From assembly GCA_002269645.1 (NCBI GenBank), contig NIVC01000252.1:1-64000 (forward strand): 64,000 nucleotides of DNA, in the 5' to 3' direction. The stretch is from Macrostomum lignano (taxonomy: Eukaryota). How positions within the stretch are numbered: the stretch's first letter is position 1; each line of letters opens with the position of its first letter. The translations under genes and the position numbers were made by a program. The notes beneath the pieces are model-generated. The model had not been told where the DNA came from. It ran no database searches and saw only the letters and a program-made list of their open reading frames with translations. Shown piece by piece: positions 1 through 14,923 of this stretch.

Positions 1-3000
1 GAACTCAGGAGAGCAGCTAATAGTCTACGAGAGTAATGCTAGATGCCAGAATGCTTCACAGCATCAAAGTCTTAAGCAGAAGCTTCAATGAAAGGTTAGT
101 TCATGCTGTGGCTGCATTCGTTTTCGTGTCTAGAAGCGTTATAACTTTTTGTACTTTTAACTCTCAGATCGGGTCTTAGCAGATTCTATAGCTATGCATG
201 CAAGGGCCCCTCAGAGGAGATGCTTAAACACTGCAGTGCATTTTTCCTAGCAATTATTGGGACACGAAGTGTTGGGCCACTGTGTGTGTGTGTCTAGTTT
301 TTTCCGCATTTGTTAAGTCACCTAAAGAACTCAATTAATAAAGGGCTCCAGAACAAATTGATGGGCAAACGGATGACACACTGCACAGAGACTTGTTGGG
401 ACATATTAAAAAGCTTATTTTAGAATGGGTACACTTTACTAAAGTAGAATGCTCCTACAGAAAGCTGCAAGCAAACTAGCATCTTCTGGAGCTGACATGC
501 AGAGAAGAATGATTTTGTCGTCCTTGAAATCACTAAATAGATATGCGAAATCGATCTTTTGCTAATCCCACCACAGGTTCCAGTGAAAAGAAGAAACGAA
601 ACCCATTGACTAAATTGGCAGTCGACTCAATCGATGCCGACTGCAACGGACCTGTCAGCTTCGAACTCAGGAGAGCAGCTAATAGTCTACGAGAGTAATG
701 CTAGATGCCAGAATGCTTCACAGCATCAAAGTCTTAAGCAGAAGCTTCAATGAAAGGTTAGTTCATGCTGTGGCTGCATTCGTTTTCGTGTCTAGAAGCG
801 TTATAACTTTTTGTACTTTTAACTCTCAGATCGGGTCTTAGCAGATTCTATAGCTATGCATGCAAGGGCCCCTCAGAGGAGATGCTTAAACACTGCAGTG
901 CATTTTTCCTAGCAATTATTGGGACACGAAGTGTTGGGCCACTGTGTGTGTGTGTCTAGTTTTTTCCGCATTTGTTAAGTCACCTAAAGAACTCAATTAA
1001 TAAAGGGCTCCAGAACAAATTGATGGGCAAACGGATGACACACTGCACAGAGACTTGTTGGGACATATTAAAAACAGCTTATTTTAGAATGGGTACACTT
1101 TACTAAAGTAGAATGCTCCTACAGAAAGCTGCAAGCAAACTAGCATCTTCTGGAGCTGACATGCAGAGAAGAATGATTTTGTCGTCCTTGAAATCACTAA
1201 ATAGATATGCGAAATCGATCTTTTGCTAATCCCACCACAGGTTCCAGTGAAAAGAAGAAACGAAACCCATTGACTAAATTGGCAGTCGACTCAATCGATG
1301 CCGACTGCAACGGACCTGTCAGCTTCGAACTCAGGAGAGCAGCTAATAGTCTACGAGAGTAATGCTAGATGCCAGAATGCTTCACAGCATCAAAGTCTTA
1401 AGCAGAAGCTTCAATGAAAGGTTAGTTCATGCTGTGGCTGCATTCGTTTTCGTGTCTAGAAGCGTTATAACTTTTTGTACTTTTAACTCTCAGATCGGGT
1501 CTTAGCAGATTCTATAGCTATGCATGCAAGGGCCCCTCAGAGGAGATGCTTAAACACTGCAGTGCATTTTTCCTAGCAATTATTGGGACACGAAGTGTTG
1601 GGCCACTGTGTGTGTGTCTAGTTTTTTCCGCATTTGTTAAGTCACCTAAAGAACTCAATTAATAAAGGGCTCCAGAACAAATTGATGGGCAAACGGATGA
1701 CACACTGCACAGAGACTTGTTGGGACATATTAAAAACAGCTTATTTTAGAATGGGTACACTTTACTAAAGTAGAATGCTCCTACAGAAAGCTGCAAGCAA
1801 ACTAGCATCTTCTGGAGCTGACATGCAGAGAAGAATGATTTTGTCGTCCTTGAAATCACTAAATAGATATGCGAAATCGATCTTTTGCTAATCCCACCAC
1901 AGGTTCCAGTGAAAAGAAGAAACGAAACCCATTGACTAAATTGGCAGTCGACTCAATCGATGCCGACTGCAACGGACCTGTCAGCTTCGAACTCAGGAGA
2001 GCAGCTAATAGTCTACGAGAGTAATGCTAGATGCCAGAATGCTTCACAGCATCAAAGTCTTAAGCAGAAGCTTCAATGAAAGGTTAGTTCATGCTGTGGC
2101 TGCATTCGTTTTCGTGTCTAGAAGCGTTATAACTTTTTGTACTTTTAACTCTCAGATCGGGTCTTAGCAGATTCTATAGCTATGCATGCAAGGGCCCCTC
2201 AGAGGAGATGCTTAAACACTGCAGTGCATTTTTCCTAGCAATTATTGGGACACGAAGTGTTGGGCCACTGTGTGTGTGTCTAGTTTTTTCCGCATTTGTT
2301 AAGTCACCTAAAGAACTCAATTAATAAAGGCTCCAGAACAAATTGATGGGCAAACGGATGACACACTGCACAGAGACTTGTTGGGACATATTAAAAACAG
2401 CTTATTTTAGAATGGGTACACTTTACTAAAGTAGAATGCTCCTACAGAAAGCTGCAAGCAAACTAGCATCTTCTGGAGCTGACATGCAGAGAAGAATGAT
2501 TTTGTCGTCCTTGAAATCACTAAATAGATATGCGAAATCGATCTTTTGCTAATCCCACCACAGGTTCCAGTGAAAAGAAGAAACGAAACCCATTGACTAA
2601 ATTGGCAGTCGACTCAATCGATGCCGACTGCAACGGACCTGTCAGCTTCGAACTCAGGAGAGCAGCTAATAGTCTACGAGAGTAATGCTAGATGCCAGAA
2701 TGCTTCACAGCATCAAAGTCTTAAGCAGAAGCTTCAATGAAAGGTTAGTTCATGCTGTGGCTGCATTCGTTTTCGTGTCTAGAAGCGTTATAACTTTTTG
2801 TACTTTTAACTCTCAGATCGGGTCTTAGCAGATTCTATAGCTATGCATGCAAGGGCCCCTCAGAGGAGATGCTTAAACACTGCAGTGCATTTTTCCTAGC
2901 AATTATTGGGACACGAAGTGTTGGGCCACTGTGTGTGTGTGTCTAGTTTTTTCCGCATTTGTTAAGTCACCTAAAGAACTCAATTAATAAAGGGCTCCAG

Positions 3001-6000
3001 AACAAATTGATGGGCAAACGGATGACACACTGCACAGAGACTTGTTGGGACATATTAAAAACAGCTTATTTTAGAATGGGTACACTTTACTAAAGTAGAA
3101 TGCTCCTACAGAAAGCTGCAAGCAAACTAGCATCTTCTGGAGCTGACATGCAGAGAAGAATGATTTTGTCGTCCTTGAAATCACTAAATAGATATGCGAA
3201 ATCGATCTTTTGCTAATCCCACCACAGGTTCCAGTGAAAAGAAGAAACGAAACCCATTGACTAAATTGGCAGTCGACTCAATCGATGCCGACTGCAACGG
3301 ACCTGTCAGCTTCGAACTCAGGAGAGCAGCTAATAGTCTACGAGAGTAATGCTAGATGCCAGAATGCTTCACAGCATCAAAGTCTTAAGCAGAAGCTTCA
3401 ATGAAAGGTTAGTTCATGCTGTGGCTGCATTCGTTTTCGTGTCTAGAAGCGTTATAACTTTTTGTACTTTTAACTCTCAGATCGGGTCTTAGCAGATTCT
3501 ATAGCTATGCATGCAAGGGCCCCTCAGAGGAGATGCTTAAACACTGCAGTGCATTTTTCCTAGCAATTATTGGGACACGAAGTGTTGGGCCACTGTGTGT
3601 GTGTCTAGTTTTTTCCGCATTTGTTAAGTCACCTAAAGAACTCAATTAATAAAGGGCTCCAGAACAAATTGATGGGCAAACGGATGACACACTGCACAGA
3701 GACTTGTTGGGACATATTAAAAACAGCTTATTTTAGAATGGGTACACTTTACTAAAGTAGAATGCTCCTACAGAAAGCTGCAAGCAAACTAGCATCTTCT
3801 GGAGCTGACATGCAGAGAAGAATGATTTTGTCGTCCTTGAAATCACTAAATAGATATGCGAAATCGATCTTTTGCTAATCCCACCACAGGTTCCAGTGAA
3901 AAGAAGAAACGAAACCCATTGACTAAATTGGCAGTCGACTCAATCGATGCCGACTGCAACGGACCTGTCAGCTTCGAACTCAGGAGAGCAGCTAATAGTC
4001 TACGAGAGTAATGCTAGATGCCAGAATGCTTCACAGCATCAAAGTCTTAAGCAGAAGCTTCAATGAAAGGTTAGTTCATGCTGTGGCTGCATTCGTTTTC
4101 GTGTCTAGAAGCGTTATAACTTTTTGTACTTTTAACTCTCAGATCGGGTCTTAGCAGATTCTATAGCTATGCATGCAAGGGCCCCTCAGAGGAGATGCTT
4201 AAACACTGCAGTGCATTTTTCCTAGCAATTATTGGGACACGAAGTGTTGGGCCACTGTGTGTGTGTCTAGTTTTTTCCGCATTTGTTAAGTCACCTAAAG
4301 AACTCAATTAATAAAGGGCTCCAGAACAAATTGATGGGCAAACGGATGACACACTGCACAGAGACTTGTTGGGACATATTAAAAACAGCTTATTTTAGAA
4401 TGGGTACACTTTACTAAAGTAGAATGCTCCTACAGAAAGCTGCAAGCAAACTAGCATCTTCTGGAGCTGACATGCAGAGAAGAATGATTTTGTCGTCCTT
4501 GAAATCACTAAATAGATATGCGAAATCGATCTTTTGCTAATCCCACCACAGGTTCCAGTGAAAAGAAGAAACGAAACCCATTGACTAAATTGGCAGTCGA
4601 CTCAATCGATGCCGACTGCAACGGACCTGTCAGCTTCGAACTCAGGAGAGCAGCTAATAGTCTACGAGAGTAATGCTAGATGCCAGAATGCTTCACAGCA
4701 TCAAAGTCTTAAGCAGAAGCTTCAATGAAAGGTTAGTTCATGCTGTGGCTGCATTCGTTTTCGTGTCTAGAAGCGTTATAACTTTTTGTACTTTTAACTC
4801 TCAGATCGGGTCTTAGCAGATTCTATAGCTATGCATGCAAGGGCCCCTCAGAGGAGATGCTTAAACACTGCAGTGCATTTTTCCTAGCAATTATTGGGAC
4901 ACGAAGTGTTGGGCCACTGTGTGTGTGTGTCTAGTTTTTTCCGCATTTGTTAAGTCACCTAAAGAACTCAATTAATAAAGGGCTCCAGAACAAATTGATG
5001 GGCAAACGGATGACACACTGCACAGAGACTTGTTGGGACATATTAAAAACAGCTTATTTTAGAATGGGTACACTTTACTAAAGTAGAATGCTCCTACAGA
5101 AAGCTGCAAGCAAACTAGCATCTTCTGGAGCTGACATGCAGAGAAGAATGATTTTGTCGTCCTTGAAATCACTAAATAGATATGCGAAATCGATCTTTTG
5201 CTAATCCCACCACAGGTTCCAGTGAAAAGAAGAAACGAAACCCATTGACTAAATTGGCAGTCGACTCAATCGATGCCGACTGCAACGGACCTGTCAGCTT
5301 CGAACTCAGGAGAGCAGCTAATAGTCTACGAGAGTAATGCTAGATGCCAGAATGCTTCACAGCATCAAAGTCTTAAGCAGAAGCTTCAATGAAAGGTTAG
5401 TTCATGCTGTGGCTGCATTCGTTTTCGTGTCTAGAAGCGTTATAACTTTTTGTACTTTTAACTCTCAGATCGGGTCTTAGCAGATTCTATAGCTATGCAT
5501 GCAAGGGCCCCTCAGAGGAGATGCTTAAACACTGCAGTGCATTTTTCCTAGCAATTATTGGGACACGAAGTGTTGGGCCACTGTGTGTGTGTGTCTAGTT
5601 TTTTCCGCATTTGTTAAGTCACCTAAAGAACTCAATTAATAAAGGGCTCCAGAACAAATTGATGGGCAAAGGATGACACACTGCACAGAGACTTGTTGGG
5701 ACATATTAAAAACAGCTTATTTTAGAATGGGTACACTTTACTAAAGTAGAATGCTCCTACAGAAAGCTGCAAGCAAACTAGCATCTTCTGGAGCTGACAT
5801 GCAGAGAAGAATGATTTTGTCGTCCTTGAAATCACTAAATAGATATGCGAAATCGATCTTTTGCTAATCCCACACAGGTTCCAGTGAAAAGAAGAAACGA
5901 AACCCATTGACTAAATTGGCAGTCGACTCAATCGATGCCGACTGCAACGGACCTGTCAGCTTCGAACTCAGGAGAGCAGCTAATAGTCTACGAGAGTAAT

Positions 6001-9000
6001 GCTAGATGCCAGAATGCTTCACAGCATCAAAGTCTTTAAAGCAGAAGCTTCAATGAAAGGTTAGTTCATGCTGTGGCTGCATTCGTTTTCGTGTCTAGAA
6101 GCGTTATAACTTTTTGTACTTTTAACTCTCAGATCGGGTCTTAGCAGATTCTATAGCTATGCATGCAAGGGCCCCTCAGAGGAGATGCTTAAACACTGCA
6201 GTGCATTTTTCCTAGCAATTATTGGGACACGAAGTGTTGGGCCACTGTGTGTGTGTGTCTAGTTTTTTCCGCATTTGTTAAGTCACCTAAAGAACTCAAT
6301 TAATAAAGGGCTCCAGAACAAATTGATGGGCAAACGGATGACACACTGCACAGAGACTTGTTGGGACATATTAAAAACAGCTTATTTTAGAATGGGTACA
6401 CTTTACTAAAGTAGAATGCTCCTACAGAAAGCTGCAAGCAAACTAGCATCTTCTGGAGCTGACATGCAGAGAAGAATGATTTTGTCGTCCTTGAAATCAC
6501 TAAATAGATATGCGAAATCGATCTTTTGCTAATCCCACCACAGGTTCCAGTGAAAAGAAGAAACGAAACCCATTGACTAAATTGGCAGTCGACTCAATCG
6601 ATGCCGACTGCAACGACCTGTCAGCTTCGAACTCAGGAGAGCAGCTAATAGTCTACGAGAGTAATGCTAGATGCCAGAATGCTTCACAGCATCAAAGTCT
6701 TAAAGCAGAAGCTTCAATGAAAGGTTAGTTCATGCTGTGGCTGCATTCGTTTTCGTGTCTAGAAGCGTTATAACTTTTTGTACTTTTAACTCTCAGATCG
6801 GGTCTTAGCAGATTCTATAGCTATGCATGCAAGGGCCCCTCAGAGGAGATGCTTAAACACTGCAGTGCATTTTTCCTAGCAATTATTGGGACACGAAGTG
6901 TTGGGCCACTGTGTGTGTGTGTCTAGTTTTTTCCGCATTTGTTAAGTCACCTAAAGAACTCAATTAATAAAGGGCTCCAGAACAAATTGATGGGCAAACG
7001 GATGACACACTGCACAGAGACTTGTTGGGACATATTAAAAACAGCTTATTTTAGAATGGGTACACTTTACTAAAGTAGAATGCTCCTACAGAAAGCTGCA
7101 AGCAAACTAGCATCTTCTGGAGCTGACATGCAGAGAAGAATGATTTTGTCGTCCTTGAAATCACTAAATAGATATGCGAAATCGATCTTTTGCTAATCCC
7201 ACCACAGGTTCCAGTGAAAAGAAGAAACGAAACCCATTGACTAAATTGGCAGTCGACTCAATCGATGCCGACTGCAACGGACCTGTCAGCTTCGAACTCA
7301 GGAGAGCAGCTAATAGTCTACGAGAGTAATGCTAGATGCCAGAATGCTTCACAGCATCAAAGTCTTAAGCAGAAGCTTCAATGAAAGGTTAGTTCATGCT
7401 GTGGCTGCATTCGTTTTCGTGTCTAGAAGCGTTATAACTTTTTGTACTTTTAACTCTCAGATCGGGTCTTAGCAGATTCTATAGCTATGCATGCAAGGGC
7501 CCCTCAGAGGAGATGCTTAAACACTGCAGTGCATTTTTCCTAGCAATTATTGGGACACGAAGTGTTGGGCCACTGTGTGTGTGTGTCTAGTTTTTTCCGC
7601 ATTTGTTAAGTCACCTAAAGAACTCAATTAATAAAGGGCTCCAAACAAATTGATGGGCAAACGGATGACACACTGCACAGAGACTTGTTGGGACATATTA
7701 AAAACAGCTTATTTTAGAATGGGTACACTTTACTAAAGTAGAATGCTCCTACAGAAAGCTGCAAGCAAACTAGCATCTTCTGGAGCTGACATGCAGAGAA
7801 GAATGATTTTGTCGTCCTTGAAATCACTAAATAGATATGCGAAATCGATCTTTTGCTAATCCCACCACAGGTTCCAGTGAAAAGAAGAAACGAAACCCAT
7901 TGACTAAATTGGCAGTCGACTCAATCGATGCCGACTGCAACGGACCTGTCAGCTTCGAACTCAGGAGAGCAGCTAATAGTCTACGAGAGTAATGCTAGAT
8001 GCCAGAATGCTTCACAGCATCAAAGTCTTTAAGCAGAAGCTTCAATGAAAGGTTAGTTCATGCTGTGGCTGCATTCGTTTTCGTGTCTAGAAGCGTTATA
8101 ACTTTTTGTACTTTTAACTCTCAGATCGGGTCTTAGCAGATTCTATAGCTATGCATGCAAGGGCCCCTCAGAGGAGATGCTTAAACACTGCAGTGCATTT
8201 TTCCTAGCAATTATTGGGACACGAAGTGTTGGGCCACTGTGTGTGTGTGTCTAGTTTTTTCCGCATTTGTTAAGTCACCTAAAGAACTCAATTAATAAAG
8301 GGCTCCAGAACAAATTGATGGGCAAACGGATGACACACTGCACAGAGACTTGTTGGGACATATTAAAAACAGCTTATTTTAGAATGGGTACACTTTACTA
8401 AAGTAGAATGCTCCTACAGAAAGCTGCAAGCAAACTAGCATCTTCTGGAGCTGACATGCAGAGAAGAATGATTTTGTCGTCCTTGAAATCACTAAATAGA
8501 TATGCGAAATCGATCTTTTGCTAATCCCACCACAGGTTCCAGTGAAAAGAAGAAACGAAACCCATTGACTAAATTGGCAGTCGACTCAATCGATGCCGAC
8601 TGCAACGGACCTGTCAGCTTCGAACTCAGGAGAGCAGCTAATAGTCTACGAGAGTAATGCTAGATGCCAGAATGCTTCACAGCATCAAAGTCTTAAGCAG
8701 AAGCTTCAATGAAAGGTTAGTTCATGCTGTGGCTGCATTCGTTTTCGTGTCTAGAAGCGTTATAACTTTTTGTACTTTTAACTCTCAGATCGGGTCTTAG
8801 CAGATTCTATAGCTATGCTTGCAAGGGCCCCTCAGAGGAGATGCTTAAACACTGCAGTGCATTTTTCCTAGCAATTATTGGGACACGAAGTGTTGGGCCA
8901 CTGTGTGTGTGTGTCTAGTTTTTTCCGCATTTGTTAAGTCACCTAAAGAACTCAATTAATAAAGGGCTCCAGAACAAATTGATGGGCAAACGGATGACAC

Positions 9001-11333
9001 ACTGCACAGAGACTTGTTGGGACATATTAAAAACAGCTTATTTTAGAATGGGTACACTTTACTAAAGTAGAATGCTCCTACAGAAAGCTGCAAGCAAACT
9101 AGCATCTTCTGGAGCAGACATGCAGAGAAGAATGATTTTGTCGTCCTTGAAATCACTAAATAGATATGCGAAATCGATCTTTTGCTAATCCCACCACAGG
9201 TTCCAGTGAAAAGAAGAAACGAAACCCATTGACTAAATTGGCAGTCGACTCAATCGATGCCGACTGCAACGGACCTGTCAGCTTCGAACTCAGGAGAGCA
9301 GCTAATAGTCTACGAGAGTAATGCTAGATGCCAGAATGCTTCACAGCATCAAAGTCTTTAAAGCAGAAGCTTCAATGAAAGGTTAGTTCATGCTGTGGCT
9401 GCATTCGTTTTCGTGTCTAGAAGCGTTATAACTTTTTGTACTTTTAACTCTCAGATCGGGTCTTAGCAGATTCTATAGCTATGCATGCAAGGGCCCCTCA
9501 GAGGAGATGCTTAAACACTGCAGTGCATTTTTCCTAGCAATTATTGGGACACGAAGTGTTGGGCCACTGTGTGTGTGTGTCTAGTTTTTTCCGCATTTGT
9601 TAAGTCACCTAAAGAACTCAATTAATAAAGGGCTACAGAACAAATTGATGGGCAAACGGATGACACACTGCACAGAGACTTGTTGGGACATATTAAAAAC
9701 AGCTTATTTTAGAATGGGTACACTTTACTAAAGTAGAATGCTCCTACAGAAAGCTGCAAGCAAACTAGCATCTTCTGGAGCTGACATGCAGAGAAGAATG
9801 ATTTTGTCGTCCTTGAAATCACTAAATAGATATGCGAAATCGATCTTTTGCTAATCCCACCACAGGTTCCAGTGAAAAGAAGAAACGAAACCCATTGACT
9901 AAATTGGCAGTCGACTCAATCGATGCCGACTGCAACGGACCTGTCAGCTTCGAACTCAGGAGAGCAGCTAATAGTCTACGAGAGTAATGCTAGATGCCAG
10001 AATGCTTCACAGCATCAAAGTCTTTAAAGCAGAAGCTTCAATGAAAGGTTAGTTCATGCTGTGGCTGCATTCGTTTTCGTGTCTAGAAGCGTTATAACTT
10101 TTTGTACTTTTAACTCTCAGATCGGGTCTTAGCAGATTCTATAGCTATGCATGCAAGGGCCCCTCAGAGGAGATGCTTAAACACTGCAGTGCATTTTTCC
10201 TAGCAATTATTGGGACACGAAGTGTTGGGCCACTGTGTGTGTGTGTCTAGTTTTTTCCGCATTTGTTAAGTCACCTAAAGAACTCAATTAATAAAGGGCT
10301 CCAGAACAAATTGATGGGCAAACGGATGACACACTGCACAGAGACTTGTTGGGACATATTAAAAACAGCTTTTTTTAGAATAGGTATACTTTACTAAAGT
10401 AGAATGCTCCTACAGAAAGCTGCAAGCAAACTAGCATCTTCTGGAGCAGACATGCAGAGAAGAATGATTTTGTCGTCCTTGAAATCACTAAATAGATATG
10501 CGAAATCGATCTTTTGCTAATCCCACCACAGGTTCCAGTGAAAAGAAGAAACGAAACCCATTGACTAAATTGGCAGTCGACTCAATCGATGCCGACTGCA
10601 ACGGACCTGTCAGCTTCGAACTCAGGAGAGCAGCTAATAGTCTACGAGAGTAATGCTAGATGCCAGAATGCTTCACAGCATCAAAGTCTTTAAAGCAGAA
10701 GCTTCAATGAAAGGTTAGTTCATGCTGTGGCTGCATTCGTTTTCGTGTCTAGAAGCGTTATAACTTTTTGTACTTTTAACTCTCAGATCGTGTCTTAGCA
10801 GATTCTATAGCTATGCATGCAAGGGCCCCTCAGAGGAGATGCTTAAACACTGCAGTGCATTTTTCCTAGCAATTATTGGGACACGAAGTGTTGGGCCACT
10901 GTGTGTGTGTGTCTAGTTTTTTCCGCATTTGTTAAGTCACCTAAAGAACTCAATTAATAAAGGGCTCCAAAACAAATTGATGGGCAAACGGATGACACAC
11001 TGCACAGAGACTTGTTGGGACATATAAAAAACAGCTTTTTTTAGAATAGGTATACTTTACTAAAGTAGAATGCTCCTACAGAAAGCTGCAAGCAAACTAG
11101 CATCTTCTGGAGCAGACATGCAGAGAAGAATGATTTTGTCGTCCTTGAAATCACTAAATAGATATGCGAAATCGATCTTTTGCTAATCCCACCACAGGTT
11201 CCAGTGAAAAGAAGAAACGAAACCCATTGACTAAATTGGCAGTCGACTCAATCGATGCCGACTGCAACGGACCTGTCAGCTTCGAACTCAGGAGAGCAGC
11301 TAATAGTCTACGAGAGTAATGCTAGATGCCAGA
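1..11333. repeat. Satellite array, ~664-bp unit, 17 complete copies plus a ~50-bp partial copy; runs off the left edge of the window
   Basis: The motif gaactcaggagagcagc recurs at 1, 663, 1327, 1989, 2650, 3314, 3976, 4638, 5302, 5964, 6629, 7294, 7957, 8622, 9286, 9952, 10618 and 11284 (spacing 661-666). Units are near-identical, differing mainly in an internal (TG)n and a few indels. The array ends at ...gatgccaga (11333). Confidence 0.98.
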
Positions 11334-11855
11334 GTGCTCTAAATAACGAGACTCCTGTTTTCTCACTCGACCGGAATTTGTTGTTTAATCTGCTTAACTA
11401 ATCTCTGCGTTTCAGTTTTTCAGTTTCACTGTCAATTTTAGGTTTTTTCCTAAGCGCAAGTGTAATTGAATTTTTTATTCATATTAGTCAGGCATATTGC
11501 GTACAGCATTATAGCGTATTAGTAAAGGTAAAGGTAAATAGACTGCTTATAACTAGTTTTTCCTTCATGTGGATTGGCTTTAACGAAACCTTTTGTATTT
11601 CAAGTAATGCTGAATTCGCTGGACTGAGGACAATATAGTTACACGATGATATGCTATTCCTTCACTTTCAATAGATCATACTATTAGTATGGGGCGTGCT
11701 TTTTTGTTTCAATGCATGCTTTTTTTCATCATTTAAATGCAAAAAATACTTAATAGGTCATTGCACTGTGTGTATGTGTGTGTTTTCGTGTGTCAAAAAA
11801 AATTGCAAAATAAGTGCCCACCATTGTATACCGTACCAACAAGTGCCCGGTGCGT

Positions 11856-11857
<2 letters not shown>

Positions 11858-11891
<34 letters not shown>
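11858..11891. repeat. (TG)n microsatellite
   Basis: Pure TG run visible in the sequence. Confidence 0.95.
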
Positions 11892-11893
<2 letters not shown>

Positions 11894-11964
11894 CTGACAG
11901 CGACTAATTCCTTCGCTTGTTAAACCACCTTCACTTATCATAATCCTCAGTCTGTCTGACACCT

Positions 11965-12622
11965 TCCCTAACTTCTTTGATCCTTAAGCTCGGATCCCTA
12001 ACTTCTCTGATCCTCAAACTAGGATCTTAAACTTCTTTCATCCTCAAACTGGGATCCTAAACTTCTCTGATCCTCAAACTGGTATCTTAAACTTCTTTCA
12101 TCCTCAAACTGGGATCCTAAACTTCTCTGATCCTCAAAATGGGATTCCTAACTTCTCTGATCCTCAAAATGGGATCCTAAACTTCTCTGATCCTCAAACT
12201 GGGATCCTAAACTTCTCTAATCCTCAAAATGGAATCTTAAACTTCTCTGATCCTCAAGCTGGGATCCCTAACTTCCCTAATCCTCAAACTGGGATCCTAA
12301 ACTTCTCTAATCCTTAAGCTGGGATCCCTAACTTCTCTGATCCTCAAACTGGGATCCTAAACTTCCCTAATCCTCAAACTGGGATCCTAAACTTCTCTAA
12401 TCCTTAAGCTGGGATCCCTAACTTCTCTGATCCTCAAACTGGGATCCTAAACTTCTCTAATCCTCAAAATGGAATCTTAAACTTCTCTGATCCTCAAGCT
12501 GGGATCCCTAACCTCTCTAATCCTCAAACTGGGATCCTTAACTTCTCTGATCTCAAAATGGGATCCCTAACTTTTCTGATCCTCAAACTGGGATACTAAA
12601 TTTCTCGGATCCTCAAACTGGG
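11965..12622. repeat. 30-bp minisatellite, array 1 (more diverged)
   Basis: Tandem cttctctgatcctcaaactgggatcc(c/t)taa units. Confidence 0.95.
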
Positions 12623-13167
12623 TGTCTGCAGTGCCATAGGATTAGCGAAACTTGTCTAATTTATCCTAATTAATAGACAATTAAAAATACTGAAAATTTG
12701 TCATTGCAGTTTTTCAGATCTGAAAGCACTAAGCATATCTCTTGCTGTAAGTCTTCTCTGATTGGATATAAGGATCTGCCTCTCTCTTTCCCCAGCAAGG
12801 GTTGGTCAGATCAAGGACCGATTCACCATAAAGGCTGGCGTACAGGGAATTCCAGTTAGTCATTGACAGTTACATTCGCCTGGCAACTAGAAATTGTACT
12901 GCTTTTATCCAAGAATCTATTTTTCGAAATTTAAAACTTTTCGTTGCTGTAGTAATGATAGCGGCATCAGTTAACGTCATCATAAATCTTGTACCTGAAC
13001 ATTAGCCTGAACAGACCAGCCCTAATCTTTCCTAAAACACCTGTGTTGGGACAATCCGTGGACAGCGTGATGCACGAGAGACGATCAAAGAGTCGAAAAC
13101 ACTTGCTGCTTTTCCGGTTCTGTCGGATCGTTGGTGAGTCGCGTCTACTCAAACTGAATTATGCTGC

Positions 13168-14270
13168 GATCCTCAAGCTGGGATCCCCAACTTCTCTGAT
13201 CCTCAAACTGGGATCCCCAACTTCTCTGATCCTCAAACTAGGATTCCCAACTTCTCTGATCCTCAAACTGGGATCCCCAACTTCTCTGATCCTCAAGCTG
13301 GGATCCCTAACTTCTCTGATCCTCAAACTGGGATCCCTAACTTCTCTGATCCTCAAACTAGGATCCCTAACTTCTCTGATCCTCAAACTGGGATCCCTAA
13401 CTTCTCTGATCCTCAAACTGGGATCCCTAACTTCTCTGATCCTCAAACTAGGATCCCTAACTTCTCTGATCCTCAAACTGGGATCCCTAACTTCTCTGAT
13501 CCTCAAACTAGGATTCCCAACTTCTCTGATCCTCAAACTGGGATCCCTAACTTCTCTGATCCTCAAACTGGGATCCCTAACTTCTCTGATCCTCAAACTA
13601 GGATTCCCAACTTCTCTGATCCTCAAACTGGGATCCCTAACTTCTCTGATCCTCAAACTGGGATCCCTAACTTCTCTGATCCTCAAACTGGGATCCCTAA
13701 CTTCTCTGATCCTCAAACTAGGATTCCCAACTTCTCTGATCCTCAAGCTGGGATCCCCAACTTCTCTGATCCTCAAACTGGGATCCCTAACTTCTCTGAT
13801 CCTCAAACTAGGATTCCCAACTTCTCTGATCCTCAAACTGGGATCCCTAAATTCTCTGATCCTCAAGCTGGGATCCCTAACTTCTCTGATCCCAAACTGG
13901 GATCCCTAACTTCTCTGATCCTCAAACTGGGATCCCTAAATTCTCTGATCCTCAAGCTGGGATCCCTAACTTCTCTGATCCCAAACTGGGATCCCTAACT
14001 TCTCTGATCCTCAAACTGGGATCCCTAAATTCTCTGATCCTCAAGCTGGGATCCCTAACTTCTCTGATCCCAAACTGGGATCCCTAACTTCTCTGATCCT
14101 CAAGCTGGGATCCCTAAATTCTCTGATCCTCAAGCTGGGATCCCCAACTTCTCTGATCCTCAAACTGGGATCCCTAACTTCTCTGATCCTCAAGCTGGGA
14201 TCCCTAACTTCTCTGATCCTCAAGCTGGGATCCCTAACTTCTCTGATCCCTAACTAGGATCCCTAACCCT
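13168..14270. repeat. 30-bp minisatellite, array 2 (same unit, more homogeneous)
   Basis: Same unit as array 1. It generates the LKLGSLTSLI / RIREVRDPSL pseudo-ORFs. Confidence 0.97.
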
Positions 14271-14923
14271 GATCTCTGAACCGGACTAGGCCGGCTACCA
14301 GCAGCTCTTAATCCCATCAACCTGCCGACTGAACAGGCAGACAAAAAATCCCCATCAGATCCCTTCAGTATCAGGCCAGCCGGCACAGTGTGCTGTCATG
14401 GTAAATCCCTTTGCAAATAATTGAAGCTGCTAGGCTCACTCCGGTCGAATTCCAACCAAACAGCCTGACTGGCCGTGGACTTTGACAAACGGCACGACTT
14501 GGTGCATGTAGCTTCTGTATCATGAGCATCTCCCGCCTGTATCTCTATCTGCCTCTGCGCTAAGCCACCCACAGCCACCCCAATCCCCCAATCCCACATC
14601 TAATGGCATTATAGCGCATTCCGTTCCAGACGTTCCACCCTTCATTTCTCTCTTCCTCACCGCCCCCCCCACCCCCGGTGTCGCTCAAAAGCCGCAACTC
14701 GGGCGGCTCACAGACGGAGGCATGCGACGCCCCTCCCCCGACCTCATTTGCATCAAGTTGCAAGACTGCCGCGTCCCGAAGAGCGGCGCATGGCGGCCTG
14801 CGGGCCTGCGAAAGTCTTTTCAGCTGGGATTGGGAGAGAGCTGGCGTTGTGTGCGTTTTGAGCAGCTGCATCCAATAGCTAGTGATGCTCAGTGAGAATG
14901 TGGGGATGGCGGCTGTACCACCG

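Noticed and set aside
1-11333. Satellite as a 5S rRNA, spliced-leader, snRNA or histone gene array
   Set aside because: No Pol III boxes, Sm site with leader, or histone peptide recognised. The two listed ORFs exist only in indel-bearing copies.
12989-14223. Long ORFs (306 aa LKLGSLTSLI repeats, 235 aa RIREVRDPSL repeats)
   Set aside because: By-products of the 30-bp minisatellite, open on both strands, with no recognisable domain.
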